The notes under the pieces were generated by a model. That model was not told where the DNA came from. It worked only from the letters and a program-made list of their open reading frames with translations, and did not search any database. Of a stretch of DNA of 64,000 nt, positions 47,123 through 57,768 are shown piece after piece. Numbering within the stretch: position 1 is the first letter of the stretch; the number at the start of each line of letters is the position of its first letter. Both the position numbers and the translations under genes were made by a program. This DNA comes from Bdellovibrionota bacterium. Its GTDB lineage: Bacteria; Bdellovibrionota_G; JALEGL01; DATDPG01. The stretch is from positions 2,592,001 through 2,656,000 of the forward strand of contig OY764265.1 of the NCBI GenBank assembly GCA_963668355.1, in the 5' to 3' direction.

Positions 47123-48052
47123 ATGGAGAAACGAAAATTTCAGCGTAAACCCGATTGGATCAAGGTTCGCCAACCCGGAGGCGAGGCCTTTTTACGCGTC
47201 AATTCCGAGATGCGAAAGCACTCCCTCCACACCGTGTGCGAGGAAGCCCGTTGTCCGAACTTGGCCGAATGTTGGGGAGGTGGAACGGCAACCCTCATGA
47301 TCATGGGCGATATGTGTACGCGAGGCTGCCGTTTTTGTTCGGTGAAGAGTGGTTGGCCAGCCAATCCCCCAGACCCTCAGGAACCCAAGAAGGCCGCCGA
47401 GAGTGTGGTTTCCATGAATCTCAAATACGTCGTATTGACGTCGGTCGATCGGGACGATTTGGCGGATGCCGGTGCCGATCACTTTGCTCAAACGATCGAG
47501 GCCATTCATGACCGTTGCGAAGAAGTGCTCGTGGAGGCGCTGGTTCCTGACTTTCAAGGCAAAGAAGACTCCATCCTTCGACTCATGGCCGCGAAACCCG
47601 AGGTGTACGCGCATAACGTTGAAACCGTTCGGCGTTTGACGCCCCAGGTTCGAGACCGGAGATCCAGCTATGACTTGTCCCTCAAGGTCCTGAAACGCGT
47701 GAAAGAGCTCGATCCCAAGCAATGGACCAAAAGTTCCATCATGCTGGGACTGGGGGAAACGGAAGAAGAAGTCCTGGAGACGATGCAGGATCTTCGTAAA
47801 GCCAAGGTCGATTTTCTGACCCTGGGACAGTATTTAAAACCTTCTTCCAAGCACTTGGATGTTGTCGAGTTTGTTCATCCAGATCAATTTGAAGTTTATC
47901 GCGAAAAGGCATTGGCCATGGGTTTCGAGTATGTTGCCTCGGGTCCTTTGGTTCGAAGTTCTTATCGTGCAGGAGAGTTTTATTTGGAGTCGATGATTCG
48001 AGCACAAGGCAAAATGGCCGAATCCACTCAATCATTACCCATTCATCATTAG
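47123..48052 (+). CDS. lipA: Lipoyl synthase
   Basis: CEEARCPNLAEC, CTRGCRFC, GPLVRSSY; start set at ATG 47123. Confidence 0.96.
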   Translation: MEKRKFQRKPDWIKVRQPGGEAFLRVNSEMRKHSLHTVCEEARCPNLAECWGGGTATLMIMGDMCTRGCRFCSVKSGWPANPPDPQEPKKAAESVVSMNLKYVVLTSVDRDDLADAGADHFAQTIEAIHDRCEEVLVEALVPDFQGKEDSILRLMAAKPEVYAHNVETVRRLTPQVRDRRSSYDLSLKVLKRVKELDPKQWTKSSIMLGLGETEEEVLETMQDLRKAKVDFLTLGQYLKPSSKHLDVVEFVHPDQFEVYREKALAMGFEYVASGPLVRSSYRAGEFYLESMIRAQGKMAESTQSLPIHH

Positions 48053-48065
48053 TTTGGAGGTTTCC

Positions 48066-49307
48066 GTGGGATTTGAATTTAAATTACCTGAAATTGGTGA
48101 AGGCGTTACGGAGGGCGAAGTCGTCAAATGGCTTGTCAACGAAGGCGAAGAAGTGGGCGAAGATCAACCTCTGGTTGAGGTCATGACAGACAAAGCAACG
48201 GTTGAAATTGCGTCTCCGAAGGCCGGTCGAATTGAGAAAATCATGGCCGAAAGCGGAGACGTCATCCCCGTAGGAAACGTCCTGGTGGTCATCAACGAAA
48301 ATGGTTCGGCAGGCCAAGTGATTCAGTTGGACAGCAAGTCTGCGCAAGAAAAGCCCGAAGAGGAGAAAAAGAAAGCCCAAGAAAAAGAGGATAAACCGCA
48401 AAAAGAGACGTCCACAGATGAGACCTCCTCTCCCTCACAAATGGGGGCACGCGTTCTGGCATCTCCCGCCACGCGAAAATTGGCCAGGGAAAAAGGAATT
48501 GACCTAGATAATATTCAAGGTTCAGGACCTAACGGTCGCATCACACGAGAGGATGTCTTGAACGGGTCCAAAAAGAGTTCTTCGGGAGCCTCTCAACCAA
48601 CACACGAAAAACGAGAGGAAGAACGAATCCCCGTTCGCGGAATTCGTAAAAAGATTGCGGCCCACATGGTTCATTCGAAACATACGGCCCCCCACTTTAC
48701 GTTGGTCGAAGAAGTGGACATGACGGAAGTGGTTCGTCTGAGGGAAAAAGCAAAACCCGAAGCCGAAAAGAAAGGCATCAAGCTCACCTTCCTCCCCTTC
48801 ATCATTCAAGCCGTTTGTCACACGTTGAAAAGCTATCCGATGTTAAATGCCTCTTTGGATGATGACGCGCAGGAAATTATCGTCAAACCCTACTTCAACA
48901 TTGGTCTTGCAGCGGCCACAGAGAATGGCTTGATTGTTCCGGTCATCAAAAACGCGGATCAAAAAAACATTTGGCAACTGGCTGAGGAGGTTTTGGATTT
49001 AGCCAACAAGGCTCGAAAGGGACAACTCTCATTGGATGAACTGCAAGGTGGAACCTTCACCATCACAAGCACGGGAAACTCGGGGGGAATTCTCTCTACT
49101 CCGATCATTAACCATCCCGAAGTAGCTATTTTGGCTTTGAATCGAATCAAAGACACGCCTCTTGTGATCGACGGTGAAGTGGCCATTCGAAAAGTTGGAT
49201 ATCTCTCATTGAGTTTGGATCATCGAGTGATCGATGGCGCCGTGGCGGCGGAATATCTCCAATATTTGAAAACGATTCTAGAAACTCCAGGCCTTATGCT
49301 CTTATAG
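48066..49307 (+). CDS. 2-oxoacid dehydrogenase E2 (dihydrolipoamide acyltransferase)
   Basis: Lipoyl domain VMTDKATVE, E3-binding ASPATRKLA..GSGPNGRI, DHRVIDG; GGAGG RBS before GTG 48066. Confidence 0.94.
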   Translation: MGFEFKLPEIGEGVTEGEVVKWLVNEGEEVGEDQPLVEVMTDKATVEIASPKAGRIEKIMAESGDVIPVGNVLVVINENGSAGQVIQLDSKSAQEKPEEEKKKAQEKEDKPQKETSTDETSSPSQMGARVLASPATRKLAREKGIDLDNIQGSGPNGRITREDVLNGSKKSSSGASQPTHEKREEERIPVRGIRKKIAAHMVHSKHTAPHFTLVEEVDMTEVVRLREKAKPEAEKKGIKLTFLPFIIQAVCHTLKSYPMLNASLDDDAQEIIVKPYFNIGLAAATENGLIVPVIKNADQKNIWQLAEEVLDLANKARKGQLSLDELQGGTFTITSTGNSGGILSTPIINHPEVAILALNRIKDTPLVIDGEVAIRKVGYLSLSLDHRVIDGAVAAEYLQYLKTILETPGLMLL

Positions 49308-49324
49308 AAAGTTAGGAAGATATC

Positions 49325-50764
49325 ATGGCAAAAAAAGATGTAGTTGTAATTGGTGGTGGTCCAGGTGGATATGTCGCAGCCATTCGTCTGGGACAGCTTG
49401 GAAAAAGCGTCGCTCTGATTGAAAAAGAAAATGTCGGTGGAATCTGTCTCAATTGGGGCTGCATTCCTTCAAAGGCGTTGATTCATGCCGCTCATCTCTA
49501 TGAAGAGACCGATCACATGAAGGAAGTTGGCATCGAAGTCAAAGATGTCCAATTGGACTTGGAACAAACCCAAAAATGGAAAGACGGCGTCGTTAAACAA
49601 CTGACCGATGGCGTTCGTCAATTGTTGAAAGCCAATAAAGTGGAAGTGGTCAAAGGACGAGCCCACTTTGAGTCCAGCCATAAAATTCGAGTAGAGGGAG
49701 CCAATTCAGGGAATGAAACCATTGAATTTGAATCGGCCATCGTGGCGACCGGATCAAGTCCCGTGGAAATTCCCGGATTTTCTTTCGATGGGGAAGTCAT
49801 TGTGGATTCGAAAGACGCCTTGGGTTGGAAGCAAGCCCCCAAAAGAATGTTGGTGATCGGGGGTGGCGTCATCGGAATGGAAATGGGCATGCTCTATCAA
49901 AAATTCGGAAGCGAAGTGACCGTCATCGAAATGATGGACCAACTCGTACCCGGAGTGGACAAAGAAATTGCCGACACCCTCCTTCGAACCTGCAAAAAGA
50001 AAAAAATCAATGTTCACCTTTCCAGCAAAGCCTTGGGATGTAAGAAGAATGGAAAATCCATCGAAGTCGAATTTGAAACGCCCAAGAAAAAAGAAAAAGC
50101 AGAATTTGATGTGGTCTTGATGTCCGTGGGAAGAAAACCCAATGGCTCTGGATTGGGATTGGAGGATGTTGGCGTCAAATTGGAACGTGGGATGATTCCT
50201 GTAAACAACGTTCTTCAAAGCAATATTTCCAATATTTACGCCATTGGGGATGTTACGGGTCCTCCTCAGCTGGCTCACCGGGCCTCCAAGCAAGGGCTTG
50301 TGGCTGCCGAAGTCATCGCAGGTAAAAAAAGTGCTTATGATGTCGTTGCCATGCCGGGAGCTATTTTCACCGATCCGGAAATTGGAACCACGGGACTTTC
50401 CGAGTCCGAAGCGGAGGAAAAAGGCTTTGAAGTGCATACCGCCAAATTTCCTTTTGTAGCTTCTGGGAAGGCTTTAGCCAGTCGGCAAACCAACGGATTT
50501 GTAAAACTGGTTGGCGATAAAAAAACGGGCCTTCTTTTGGGAGCCCACATCATTGGCCCCGGAGCTTCGGATCTGATCAGTGAAATGACTTTGGCCTTAG
50601 AGATGGGGGCCACCTTGGAGGATGTTGCTCTGACCGTTCACCCCCACCCCACATTGTCTGAGACATTGATGGAGGCTGCCGAAGCCTATTTGGGACATCC
50701 GGTTCATACGGTGGTAAGAACGCCAAGATCCAAAAATGAAAAAAGGAAGAATGCCCAAGCTTAA
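49325..50764 (+). CDS. lpdA: Dihydrolipoamide dehydrogenase (E3)
   Basis: GGGPGGYVAAIR, GGICLNWGCIPSK, HPHPTLSE. Confidence 0.96.
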   Translation: MAKKDVVVIGGGPGGYVAAIRLGQLGKSVALIEKENVGGICLNWGCIPSKALIHAAHLYEETDHMKEVGIEVKDVQLDLEQTQKWKDGVVKQLTDGVRQLLKANKVEVVKGRAHFESSHKIRVEGANSGNETIEFESAIVATGSSPVEIPGFSFDGEVIVDSKDALGWKQAPKRMLVIGGGVIGMEMGMLYQKFGSEVTVIEMMDQLVPGVDKEIADTLLRTCKKKKINVHLSSKALGCKKNGKSIEVEFETPKKKEKAEFDVVLMSVGRKPNGSGLGLEDVGVKLERGMIPVNNVLQSNISNIYAIGDVTGPPQLAHRASKQGLVAAEVIAGKKSAYDVVAMPGAIFTDPEIGTTGLSESEAEEKGFEVHTAKFPFVASGKALASRQTNGFVKLVGDKKTGLLLGAHIIGPGASDLISEMTLALEMGATLEDVALTVHPHPTLSETLMEAAEAYLGHPVHTVVRTPRSKNEKRKNAQA

Positions 50765-51758
50765 ACCGAAGATGAAATCGGTTCCGTTGGCGATTCCGGA
50801 AATGGATCGATTGAAAGTCTTTCGTCTGATAGCAAAGGCTCGCGCACTTGAGGAACGTTTGATCAAAATGGCAAAATCCACCGATTCGTTTTTTTGGATC
50901 GGAGGGCCTGGAGAGGAAGCCTTCAATATTCCTCTGGGATTGTTGGTCAAGAAGGGTCAAGGCCCTCAATTTGATTTTTTACATCTCCATTACCGAAGCT
51001 CTGGGATTTTACTCGCCATGGGAATGGATCTGAGAGATGCCATTCGGCAAGGCGCTGCCGTTTCGACGGACCCTTATTCGGGAGGCCGAAATTTTCCAAA
51101 TCATTATGCTTACAAACCTTGGAATGTCATGCCGATTACCTCCACAATCGGAACGCAATTTGCGGTCGCACCGGGAAATGCTTTGGCCAACAAGCGACAT
51201 GGGAAAGACAGCATTACGATTGTTACGGGTGGAGATGCGGGAACGGCCCAAGGTGATTTTGCCACCTGCTTAAACTGGGCCTCGAGGCCCAAAGAAGAAC
51301 TCCCCCTCTTGATCATCGTCATGAATAATTGGTGGGGAATTTCGACCCCTCACGAACAAGTTCAAGGGGCCTCTGTCATCGCCAAACGAGCGGAACCCTT
51401 CGGCATCGAATGGAATTCCGTAGATGGAAATGATCCCGAGGAGTCTTGGAAAGCCATTTACGAGGCCATGCACTATGTTCGAACGCAAAGAAGGCCTTTT
51501 TGTTTGGAGGCTCATGTGTCTCGTTTGCACGGCCACTCTTCTTCCTCTGGGGCGAAACGCGTGGAAAATGAACCGGATCCCTTGCAACTCTTTGAACAAC
51601 AACTCGTTCAAGATGACGATCTAACTCAAGAGGAAGTAAAGGCCGTTCACCAAGAGTTTGAAAACGAAGCGTTGAGCATTCTCAAGGAAGTTCGAAAAGA
51701 ACCCAAGCCTTCCCCGGACTCCATTTATGACCACATCTTCGCAAAGGAGCAGGACTGA
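50751..51758 (+). CDS. 2-oxoacid (likely branched-chain) dehydrogenase E1 alpha
   Basis: TPP-binding GDAG..(N)N motif, RLHGHSSS; operon context. Confidence 0.88.
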   Translation: MPKLKPKMKSVPLAIPEMDRLKVFRLIAKARALEERLIKMAKSTDSFFWIGGPGEEAFNIPLGLLVKKGQGPQFDFLHLHYRSSGILLAMGMDLRDAIRQGAAVSTDPYSGGRNFPNHYAYKPWNVMPITSTIGTQFAVAPGNALANKRHGKDSITIVTGGDAGTAQGDFATCLNWASRPKEELPLLIIVMNNWWGISTPHEQVQGASVIAKRAEPFGIEWNSVDGNDPEESWKAIYEAMHYVRTQRRPFCLEAHVSRLHGHSSSSGAKRVENEPDPLQLFEQQLVQDDDLTQEEVKAVHQEFENEALSILKEVRKEPKPSPDSIYDHIFAKEQD

Positions 51759-52819
51759 TGGCTACGATTGCCCAAGCCATTCGACTCGCTCTACACGAAG
51801 GAGAAACCCGATTGGGCGTCACAGATATCTTTGGTGAAGATGTCGGGCCTCCGTTGGGCGGCGTGTTTACCTGCACTCAGGGATTAAAGAATGCCTGGAA
51901 TTCGCCTCTGGATGAACGAGGAATTATTGGAACGGCTATGGGGTTGGCCATGGCAGGAGAAAAACCCGTCGCTGAAATTCAATTCGTGGACTACATTTTC
52001 AATACGATTGATCTTTTGAAACTGGTGGGAAATTCATGTTGGTCTTCCAATGGTCAATTCAACCTTCCCTTGGTATTGATGACGCCCGTTGGCTCCGGAA
52101 TTCATGGTTCACTTTATCATTCCCACTCTTTCGACACATTTGCGACTCATATGCCCGGATGGAAAGTCGTTCTTCCTTCGAACCCCGTGGACACATATGG
52201 TCTATTGATTTCCGCTATTAACGATCCGAACCCCGTGATGTTTTTGTATCCGAAGGTCTTAATTCGCCAACATGGTCATGAACGCATTCCGGGAGAACCA
52301 GAGGACATGAGAGCCCTGGCGAAAATGATCGATGCCCCTCTCGGGGATCGAAAGGAATGGAAACCCAAATGGCCGAATTTGGATCCAAATTTTTCCGTGC
52401 CCATCGGTCCCGCAAAATTGGTCCACCGAGGGAATGACATGACCGTGGTGAGCTATGGACGAATGCTTCCTCTTTGCGAGCATGCAGCGAACCGAATTCA
52501 AGAAGAACACGGTTTTGAAGTTGATGTCATCGATCTTAGAACGCTCTTTCCCTATGATCTTGAATCCATCAAAGAGTCCGTGAAACGAACCGGAAGGCTC
52601 TTGGTGGTCAACGAAGATACGGAAGTCGCCAATTTTGGAGAACACCTCATTCGCCGAATGGTGGATGATTGCTTCTATCACTTCGAAGCCCCTCCTCGTC
52701 TCCTTGCGGGTAAAAATCTCCCGGGAATCGGGATTGCTTGGGAACTCGAAGAGGTTTCCGTCCCTCAAAGCCCTGACATCGAAAAGGAAATGCTTGATCT
52801 CCTCAGGTTAGAACCTTAA
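51758..52819 (+). CDS. 2-oxoacid dehydrogenase E1 beta
   Basis: FGEDVG, NSPLDERGIIG, AEIQFVDY, YHSHS, DLRTL. Confidence 0.9.
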   Translation: MATIAQAIRLALHEGETRLGVTDIFGEDVGPPLGGVFTCTQGLKNAWNSPLDERGIIGTAMGLAMAGEKPVAEIQFVDYIFNTIDLLKLVGNSCWSSNGQFNLPLVLMTPVGSGIHGSLYHSHSFDTFATHMPGWKVVLPSNPVDTYGLLISAINDPNPVMFLYPKVLIRQHGHERIPGEPEDMRALAKMIDAPLGDRKEWKPKWPNLDPNFSVPIGPAKLVHRGNDMTVVSYGRMLPLCEHAANRIQEEHGFEVDVIDLRTLFPYDLESIKESVKRTGRLLVVNEDTEVANFGEHLIRRMVDDCFYHFEAPPRLLAGKNLPGIGIAWELEEVSVPQSPDIEKEMLDLLRLEP

Positions 52820-52828
52820 ACAGGAAAG

Positions 52829-53188
52829 ATGGCAATTTTGGCTTATTTGGCTGTGGGTCTTTTGGCTGGCTTATTCGCCGGTTTTTTCGGATTGGGTGGG
52901 GGCATTGTTCTGGTTCCCCTCCTGGTATTTCTTCTCCACCTTTCTCAGCATGAAGCACAAGGTCTCTCTTTGGCTGCACTTTTATTGCCCGTGGGAATTC
53001 TAGCGGCATGGGTTTATAACAAAGCGCACCCCATTCCCGTCAAACCGGCCCTCATGATTGCACTCGGCATTTTCATCGGGGGTTATTTTGGAGGCATTTT
53101 TGCCCAACAAATGTCACCCAAGGGTCTTCGAATCGCTTTTGGAATTCTCCTTATTGCCACGGGGGTCAAAACCATCTTGGGGAGATGA
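52829..53188 (+). CDS. Half-size TauE/SafE (TSUP) membrane protein
   Basis: GLFAGFFGLGGGIVLVP, QHEAQGLSL; 119 aa, about 4 TM helices. Confidence 0.85.
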   Translation: MAILAYLAVGLLAGLFAGFFGLGGGIVLVPLLVFLLHLSQHEAQGLSLAALLLPVGILAAWVYNKAHPIPVKPALMIALGIFIGGYFGGIFAQQMSPKGLRIAFGILLIATGVKTILGR

Positions 53189-54550
53189 TGAGCCGGAAGG
53201 CCGACGCAGTTTTGAGAAAATTCTTTTGGAAAGCGCCCGATATCGAATGTAAGACAAGATCGCCGAAGCTCCCAATCCAAAAACCATTCCGATCCATAGT
53301 CCCTTGGCTCCTCCACCCCAACGAAATGTCAAAAGATATCCTGCAGGGAGTCCAACCACCCAATAGGATACAAAATTGATGAAAAAAGGAACCCGCGTGT
53401 CTTTTAACCCACGAAGCATCCCTCCCAAGACACATTGAAGACCATCCACAACCTGAAAAAAGGCGGCAACAAAAATAAATTCTGTAGCAAATCGCATGAC
53501 CTGAAGATCATCTGTGTAAATCAATGTGATTTGGCGAGGAAAGAAAAGAAACAAGAGTGCCAAAAAAATCCCAATCACGATGGTCACAAACATAGAGGCA
53601 GAACCAGAAGTTTCTGCCATTTCCGAATTTCGAGCCCCCACATATTTCCCGATCCGAACGGCAGAGGCAATGGAAAGACCCAAAGGAATCATGAACACCA
53701 AACTTGCGGCGTTCAATGCGACTTGATGTCCAGCTTGTTCGAAAGCCCCTAAAGTACCCATCAACAATGTAGCCGCCGCGAACAAACCCACCTCCGTCAA
53801 ACGCGTAAACCCTAAGGGCAAACCCAACCCCAAGATTTCTCGAATCGTCGGCCAATGAAAAGTTCTCCATGTTTGGAATAATGGAAAATCCCGATACCGT
53901 TTGGATCGAAAAATATATATGCCTAACGCTAACGTCATCCCCCAATAAACGGTTGTGGTACATAGCGCAGCTCCAGCCACACCCATCGCAGGAAAACCAA
54001 ATTTCCCAAAAATAAAGATGTAGTCCAACCCCGCGTTGATCGCAGTTGCAATCAGAGCAATCCAAAATGCAGGCTTGGTGTTGGACGTGCTATCAATAAA
54101 ATTTCTCAGACAGATGAAGCCCAGTAAGCCGGGAGTCCCCCAGGCAAGAATTCGTAAATACCCCCCCGCCAAAGGAATGATTCGCTCCTCCTGATTCATC
54201 CAATGAAAAATGGGTTCGGAGATGTAAAACAGGATTCCCATCCCGAGTGCCAAAAAGAAGGTCACCCAAAGGCTTTGGTCCAAAACAACGGCCATTTTTT
54301 CTTTGTCCCCTTCCCCATCGGCTTGGGAAATGAGAGGCGTCATGGCCAGTAAAACCCCGATGCAAAAAACGAAAACAAACATATAAATGGACGAAGCCAT
54401 CGCCAACGCAGCCAAAGCATCTGCTCCGATGCGCCCAACCATCATATTGTCCACAAACACCATGGAAGTACTCAAGATGAGTCCTCCCATCACGGGAGCG
54501 GCAAGACGCAACAAATCGTTGGTCTCTTGGCGGAAAGGAGAAGACATCAA
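53114..54550 (-). CDS. MATE family efflux transporter (NorM-like)
   Basis: VDNMMVGRIG, FGKFGFPAMGVAGAA, FFQVVDGLQ..LRGLKDT. Confidence 0.93.
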   Translation of the reverse strand: MMSSPFRQETNDLLRLAAPVMGGLILSTSMVFVDNMMVGRIGADALAALAMASSIYMFVFVFCIGVLLAMTPLISQADGEGDKEKMAVVLDQSLWVTFFLALGMGILFYISEPIFHWMNQEERIIPLAGGYLRILAWGTPGLLGFICLRNFIDSTSNTKPAFWIALIATAINAGLDYIFIFGKFGFPAMGVAGAALCTTTVYWGMTLALGIYIFRSKRYRDFPLFQTWRTFHWPTIREILGLGLPLGFTRLTEVGLFAAATLLMGTLGAFEQAGHQVALNAASLVFMIPLGLSIASAVRIGKYVGARNSEMAETSGSASMFVTIVIGIFLALLFLFFPRQITLIYTDDLQVMRFATEFIFVAAFFQVVDGLQCVLGGMLRGLKDTRVPFFINFVSYWVVGLPAGYLLTFRWGGGAKGLWIGMVFGLGASAILSYIRYRALSKRIFSKLRRPSGSSSPQDGFDPRGNKENSKSDSKTLG

Positions 54551-54562
54551 AACGGATTTTTC

Positions 54563-56101
54563 CTATTTTTTCGCGTTTCGCTTTGCATTTCGAAGCTCTC
54601 GAACCATATCGATGTTTTTGGGAGACAAATCAACCGCAACTTGAAGATGTTCGAGGGCTTCTTTTTTTTGTTCTTGAGCCAAGAGAAATTTTCCCAAATA
54701 AAAAGCCGCATCCGCATTGGACCCTAAATCCCGGGCTTTTCTCAACCATTCCTCGGCTTTCCCGTGATTTCGTTCCGGATCTTTTTGAAAAATGGCCCAT
54801 CCCAAATGAGATAAGTAGGTAGGGTTCTTGGAATCGATATCTTTGGCGTACTCGAAAAATTCGATGGCTTGGGTGAATTTCTTACTTTTTAGAAACTGAA
54901 CGCCTTTTTTAAATTGTGAATCTCCGTCCAATAAGGCGGTTTGAATTTTAAAGGCTTCGCCGGGCTTTTTCTTAGACTTCTTGGACGTTTTCCGATCAGC
55001 TTTGATTTTATCCAAGTACTTGGTTTTGGTGTCAAAGTCTGAAAGAACCCCGAAAGCTTTCACCCCTCTTAAAAATATTTCTTCCCCCAAATGCTGAAAT
55101 TCTCCCAACGCCCCTTTTCGAAAACGACCGGGATTATATTTGGCAGAGAACTCCACAAATTGATCTCGAATGGTGACCGCAGTGGCATCTTCCGGCAAAC
55201 CAAAGAGTTCGAAGTAGTTCAATTCCATCAAACGCATATGGTCTTGTGCGATGTGGTTGGCTAATTCTCGGGTTTCGTCATCAGCCTCGCTGACAGAAAC
55301 CTCCGGCTCCGTTGGAGACAATGTTTGTAGGAGAGTGGCTCCCACCAGCTCATCCAAAGAAACCTCTTCAAGGTTTCCGGCGGGTTCCAACAGGCCCAAC
55401 ACAGAAAACGCGTAAAGCATTCGGACAATCGCCTCACGGGGAAGATCCGATTCACGAATGACCTCCTCAACCGTTTTGGGGGAACGAAAACGGGCTAAAA
55501 CGCCCAGCTCTTCCGCCGTTAATTGGAAGGCATCGTTTCCCTGTGCATTCTGGGTTTTTGTGACCCGAAAAGATTTCTCACTCGAAAATTGAGAGCCCGA
55601 CTCAATCCGAGTGAGAGGAAAATATAAACGAACGCCTTTTAAGATTAGTCGCCCCAAATTCATCTTTAAGGCCGAGGGTTGATCCATTTCTTCCAAACCC
55701 TTTGGATCAAAAGCAAACTCACCAGATTCCCATGAAAAACAATCCAAAATTTTAATGGCGAAGTTTTTGCGAAGAAGCTCAAATAAAGAGGCCGCCTCAA
55801 TGGCGCCCATTTCGATCAAAACATCTCCCAAAAGACGTTGTTCCTGAAAGGCTCTAGAATTTCCTTCGCGCTCTTGGGCTTCCGAAATGCATCCTTCAGT
55901 GACCAAGTATCTCCCAAGCGTTTCATGCAAAAGATTGGATTCTGCATGAACGGGCTGACCATCCTGAAAAAAAATCCTTTTTTGAAACTCACCGCGGGAA
56001 AGCGTCAAGATCCCATTGACTTGTTCCAAATAAAGATCCCAAAGGAGTTTTGGAAAAAAGACTTTCTCAACACTTCCCGAGGAATGTTCAAGTACGCTCA
56101 T
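54563..56101 (-). CDS. DUF4388-like + degenerate J-like + TPR protein (paralogue of 8812-10359)
   Basis: NGILTL..KRIFFQDGQP..ETLGRYL; NYFELFGL..AFGVLSD; C-terminal TPRs. Confidence 0.78.
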   Translation of the reverse strand: MSVLEHSSGSVEKVFFPKLLWDLYLEQVNGILTLSRGEFQKRIFFQDGQPVHAESNLLHETLGRYLVTEGCISEAQEREGNSRAFQEQRLLGDVLIEMGAIEAASLFELLRKNFAIKILDCFSWESGEFAFDPKGLEEMDQPSALKMNLGRLILKGVRLYFPLTRIESGSQFSSEKSFRVTKTQNAQGNDAFQLTAEELGVLARFRSPKTVEEVIRESDLPREAIVRMLYAFSVLGLLEPAGNLEEVSLDELVGATLLQTLSPTEPEVSVSEADDETRELANHIAQDHMRLMELNYFELFGLPEDATAVTIRDQFVEFSAKYNPGRFRKGALGEFQHLGEEIFLRGVKAFGVLSDFDTKTKYLDKIKADRKTSKKSKKKPGEAFKIQTALLDGDSQFKKGVQFLKSKKFTQAIEFFEYAKDIDSKNPTYLSHLGWAIFQKDPERNHGKAEEWLRKARDLGSNADAAFYLGKFLLAQEQKKEALEHLQVAVDLSPKNIDMVRELRNAKRNAKK

Positions 56102-56121
56102 GGCTTAAAAAAAACGTTCAC

Positions 56122-56631
56122 TTATTGGGCTTTTCGGGTTCCCTCGGCGGTGAACGAATACGTGCAATCCACCTCTTCTTCTTCCAAGCTTCCCGTCAAG
56201 CGTTCTTGCCCATTGGCCGAAAATTCGTTCGGATTCTCAAACGAACCTTTCAAACTGACCATTCGAAGAACGTTCTGAACCGATTCGCCCACATCCAACA
56301 AATCCGCGCCCCCGACTTCAAAACGATTGGCAAAGGAAATGGAACCTCGAAGAATGACATGCACCTTATCGAAGGTCATAGCCCCTCCATCTTGGGCCAC
56401 CGATACATCCAAAGAAACGGTCGTACCTTGCGCCGGAATTTCCAATTCGGAATGTTCCGCACATCCATTTGAGGTGTATGTGAAATTCACGGCAAATTCG
56501 CCTGAAAGGGCATCTCCCGCCCCATCTCCCGGCACAATTCCCGTAACGGATTGAAAATTAATCCCTTCCGTCGAGCCACAGGACACGACAAGAAAGACCA
56601 TACTCAAAAGAGAAATCCCTTGTTTCCACAT
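56122..56631 (-). CDS. Hypothetical lipoprotein
   Basis: Lipobox VVSC after a hydrophobic stretch; beta-rich mature part with a Cys pair. Confidence 0.7.
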   Translation of the reverse strand: MWKQGISLLSMVFLVVSCGSTEGINFQSVTGIVPGDGAGDALSGEFAVNFTYTSNGCAEHSELEIPAQGTTVSLDVSVAQDGGAMTFDKVHVILRGSISFANRFEVGGADLLDVGESVQNVLRMVSLKGSFENPNEFSANGQERLTGSLEEEEVDCTYSFTAEGTRKAQ

Positions 56632-56739
56632 AACAACCACCTTTTCTTACACTATAAAAACATATGGCGATGTATTGTAAAGTAATTCAAGTTTCGACCA
56701 TTTGATTTTTTAAGAGGTTTTGGGATATGCACCCTCTTC

Positions 56740-57756
56740 ATGAAAGCCTCGGTGTACATACAACCTCAAAAACTTGAAACTCGGGAGGTGCCAAAACCCT
56801 CCCTCCAAGATGGGGACATCTTGCTTCGAGTCCGTACCTGTGGAGTTTGCGGGAGTGACATTCGTAAAATCCAATACAATTTCATTCAGCCTCCGGCCAT
56901 TTTTGGCCATGAGGTGGCCGGCGTCGTCGAGGAAGTTGGGGCCAACGTCGATAAGTTTGAGATCGGAGACCGCGTGGTCCTGGCCCACCATACCCCTTGT
57001 TTTTCATGTCATTATTGCGCTCATGGAAGTTATTCCATGTGCCGAGAATTTAAGTCTTCCAATATCGAACCGGGAGGATTTGCGGAATTCGTTCGCGTCC
57101 CCAAAAAGCATGTCGAGCTGACTTCCTTTAAAATTCCCGACGGAATGTCTTTTGATTCCGCCATCCATATGGAACCCTTGGGCTGCATCGTTCGAAACTT
57201 GAATCGAACTCGCATTCTGCCTGGGGACACCGTTTTGTGCATTGGTCTGGGTTCGGTCGGCATTCTCACCGGCCAATTGGCCAAATCCCGAGGGGCTCAG
57301 GTCTTGGCCACGGATTTACATTCGGATCGAAGAGAGATCGGAGACAGCCTGGGATTTCAAACCCGGGACGGGAAAGATTCAAAATTAAAAGACTGGGTCT
57401 TGTCCCTCACGGATGGACGAGGTGCCGATTTGGTTGTTCTCACCGCCGGGAATCCAAACGTTTATTCTGAGTCCATTCATTGGGTTCGAGATGGAGGCGT
57501 CATCAGCGTATTTGCCGGACTTGGCCCCAAAGAACCCCTGCAATTCGAAGCCAACGAGCTATATCACCGTGAAATCATGGTCTATTCCAGTTATTCTGCG
57601 GCCCCTGCGGACCTTGAGGAAGCCCTGGAACTCTTGAAAAATGGCTCTATCAATGTCGACGTGCTTCATGCTAAAACGTTTTCTCTGGATAATTTGTCAA
57701 ACGCCATTGAAGGAATCATCTCACAACAAATCCTGAAGGCGGTTGTTCACCCATAA
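56740..57756 (+). CDS. Zn-dependent medium-chain (sorbitol/threonine-type) dehydrogenase
   Basis: CGVCGSD, GHE, CxxCxxC..C structural Zn site, GLGSVG. Confidence 0.92.
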   Translation: MKASVYIQPQKLETREVPKPSLQDGDILLRVRTCGVCGSDIRKIQYNFIQPPAIFGHEVAGVVEEVGANVDKFEIGDRVVLAHHTPCFSCHYCAHGSYSMCREFKSSNIEPGGFAEFVRVPKKHVELTSFKIPDGMSFDSAIHMEPLGCIVRNLNRTRILPGDTVLCIGLGSVGILTGQLAKSRGAQVLATDLHSDRREIGDSLGFQTRDGKDSKLKDWVLSLTDGRGADLVVLTAGNPNVYSESIHWVRDGGVISVFAGLGPKEPLQFEANELYHREIMVYSSYSAAPADLEEALELLKNGSINVDVLHAKTFSLDNLSNAIEGIISQQILKAVVHP

Positions 57757-57768
57757 GAGGACCTGCGC

